A stretch of DNA of 64,000 bases, taken from the NCBI GenBank assembly GCA_013265495.1, contig MU057700.1, positions 496,001 to 560,000 on the forward strand, given 5' to 3'. The position numbers and the translations under genes were made by a program. This DNA is from Vicugna vicugna. Its lineage: Eukaryota. The notes under the pieces were generated by a model, which did no database searches, was not told the DNA's origin, and saw nothing but the letters and a program-made list of their open reading frames with translations. Below are positions 63,130 to 64,000 of the stretch, one piece after another; position 1 is the first letter of the stretch; every line of letters starts with the position of its first letter.

Positions 63130-64000
63130 TCATACTAAGTATCTTCTCTACAACAGAATAAAGTTAGAAATCAACCACAGAAGTAAAACTGGAAAATTCA
63201 CATATTTGTAGAAATTAAAAAACACAGTTTTAAACAACCAATGGATCAAATAAAAAATCACAAGGAAAATTAGAAAATACTTAGAGATGAATGAAAACAA
63301 AAAACACAATGTAACAGAACTTTCAGTATGCATTGAAAACAGTACTAAGGGGAAATTTACAGCTATAAATGTTTATCCTAAAAAAAAGAGAAAAATATCA
63401 AATCAACAAATTATCTTTACTACTTAAGGAACTAGAAAAGGAAGAACAAATGAAATCCAAAGGTAGTGGAGGAAAGAAAGAAAGATTAAAGTGGAGATAG
63501 ACAAAACAGGGAATAGAAAAACAATAGAGAAAATGAATAAAATCATAAGTTGGTATTTTGAAAAGATCAACAAAATTGACAAACCATTAGCTAGAAAGAC
63601 TAAGAAAAAAAGAAAGAAGACTTAAATTACTAAAATCAGAAATGAAAGTGGAGACATGGCTACTGATCTGACAGAAATAAAAAAGATATTAAGAGAGTAC
63701 TATGAAAAATTGTGCACACAAAAATGGGTAATGTACATGAAATAAACAAAATTCTATAAACACAAAACCTACTAAGACTAAATCATGAAGAAATAGAAAT
63801 CTGAATAGATATATAACTAGTGAGGAGATTGAATCAGTAATCAAAGATCTCCTGACAATGAAAAGCCCTTGGCCTTATGGCTTCAATGGTGGGTTCTACC
63901 AAATATTTAAAGAAGAATTTATACCAATTCTCAAACTTTTCCAAAAATTGAAGAGGAAAGAACACTTCTTAACTCATTCTGTGAAGCCTATATTACCCTG
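63130..64000 (+). mobile_element. Second L1 ORF2 segment (runs off the window)
   Basis: Restarts at an earlier ORF2 position (atcttctc..aagttagaaatcaa, homologous to about 61,555 onward) and continues to cttcttaactcattctgtgaagcc. Confidence 0.88.

Noticed and set aside
1..64000. Assignment of the window to a named gene locus
   Set aside because: No exon or landmark was recognised; a BLAST or synteny search would be needed.

Overview
Mammalian non-coding DNA, most likely camelid (alpaca, vicuna or camel). That call rests on two tRNA-derived Vic-1-type SINEs, lineage-typical L1 3' ends, and no recognisable Alu, Bov-A/BovB or B1/B2. I recognise no cellular protein-coding exon; the only real protein homology is to disrupted L1 ORF1/ORF2. 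Bases 1-52,000 are mostly GC-rich unique sequence interspersed with MaLR/ERVL/ERV1 solo LTRs, MIR, L2, hAT MITEs and L1 fragments. Several short AT-rich, motif-dense islands there look like developmental enhancers. Bases 52,200-64,000 are an AT-rich pile of nested L1s, including a young L1 with an intact 5' end that is cut off on its 3' side. I found no convincing new biological system. The best second-look items are a probable L1 3' transduction (39.9-40.7 kb), a perfect 91-bp tandem duplication at an L1 breakpoint (58.3 kb), a twice-repeated composite motif in a putative enhancer (15.4-15.6 kb), an RFX/SOX/NFI/homeobox cluster (24.5 kb), an LTR with a CCAAT/octamer array (31 kb) and an L1 with a swapped 3' tail (36 kb). 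Repeat family names come from remembered consensus sequences, not a database search, and boundaries are approximate unless a TSD is given.
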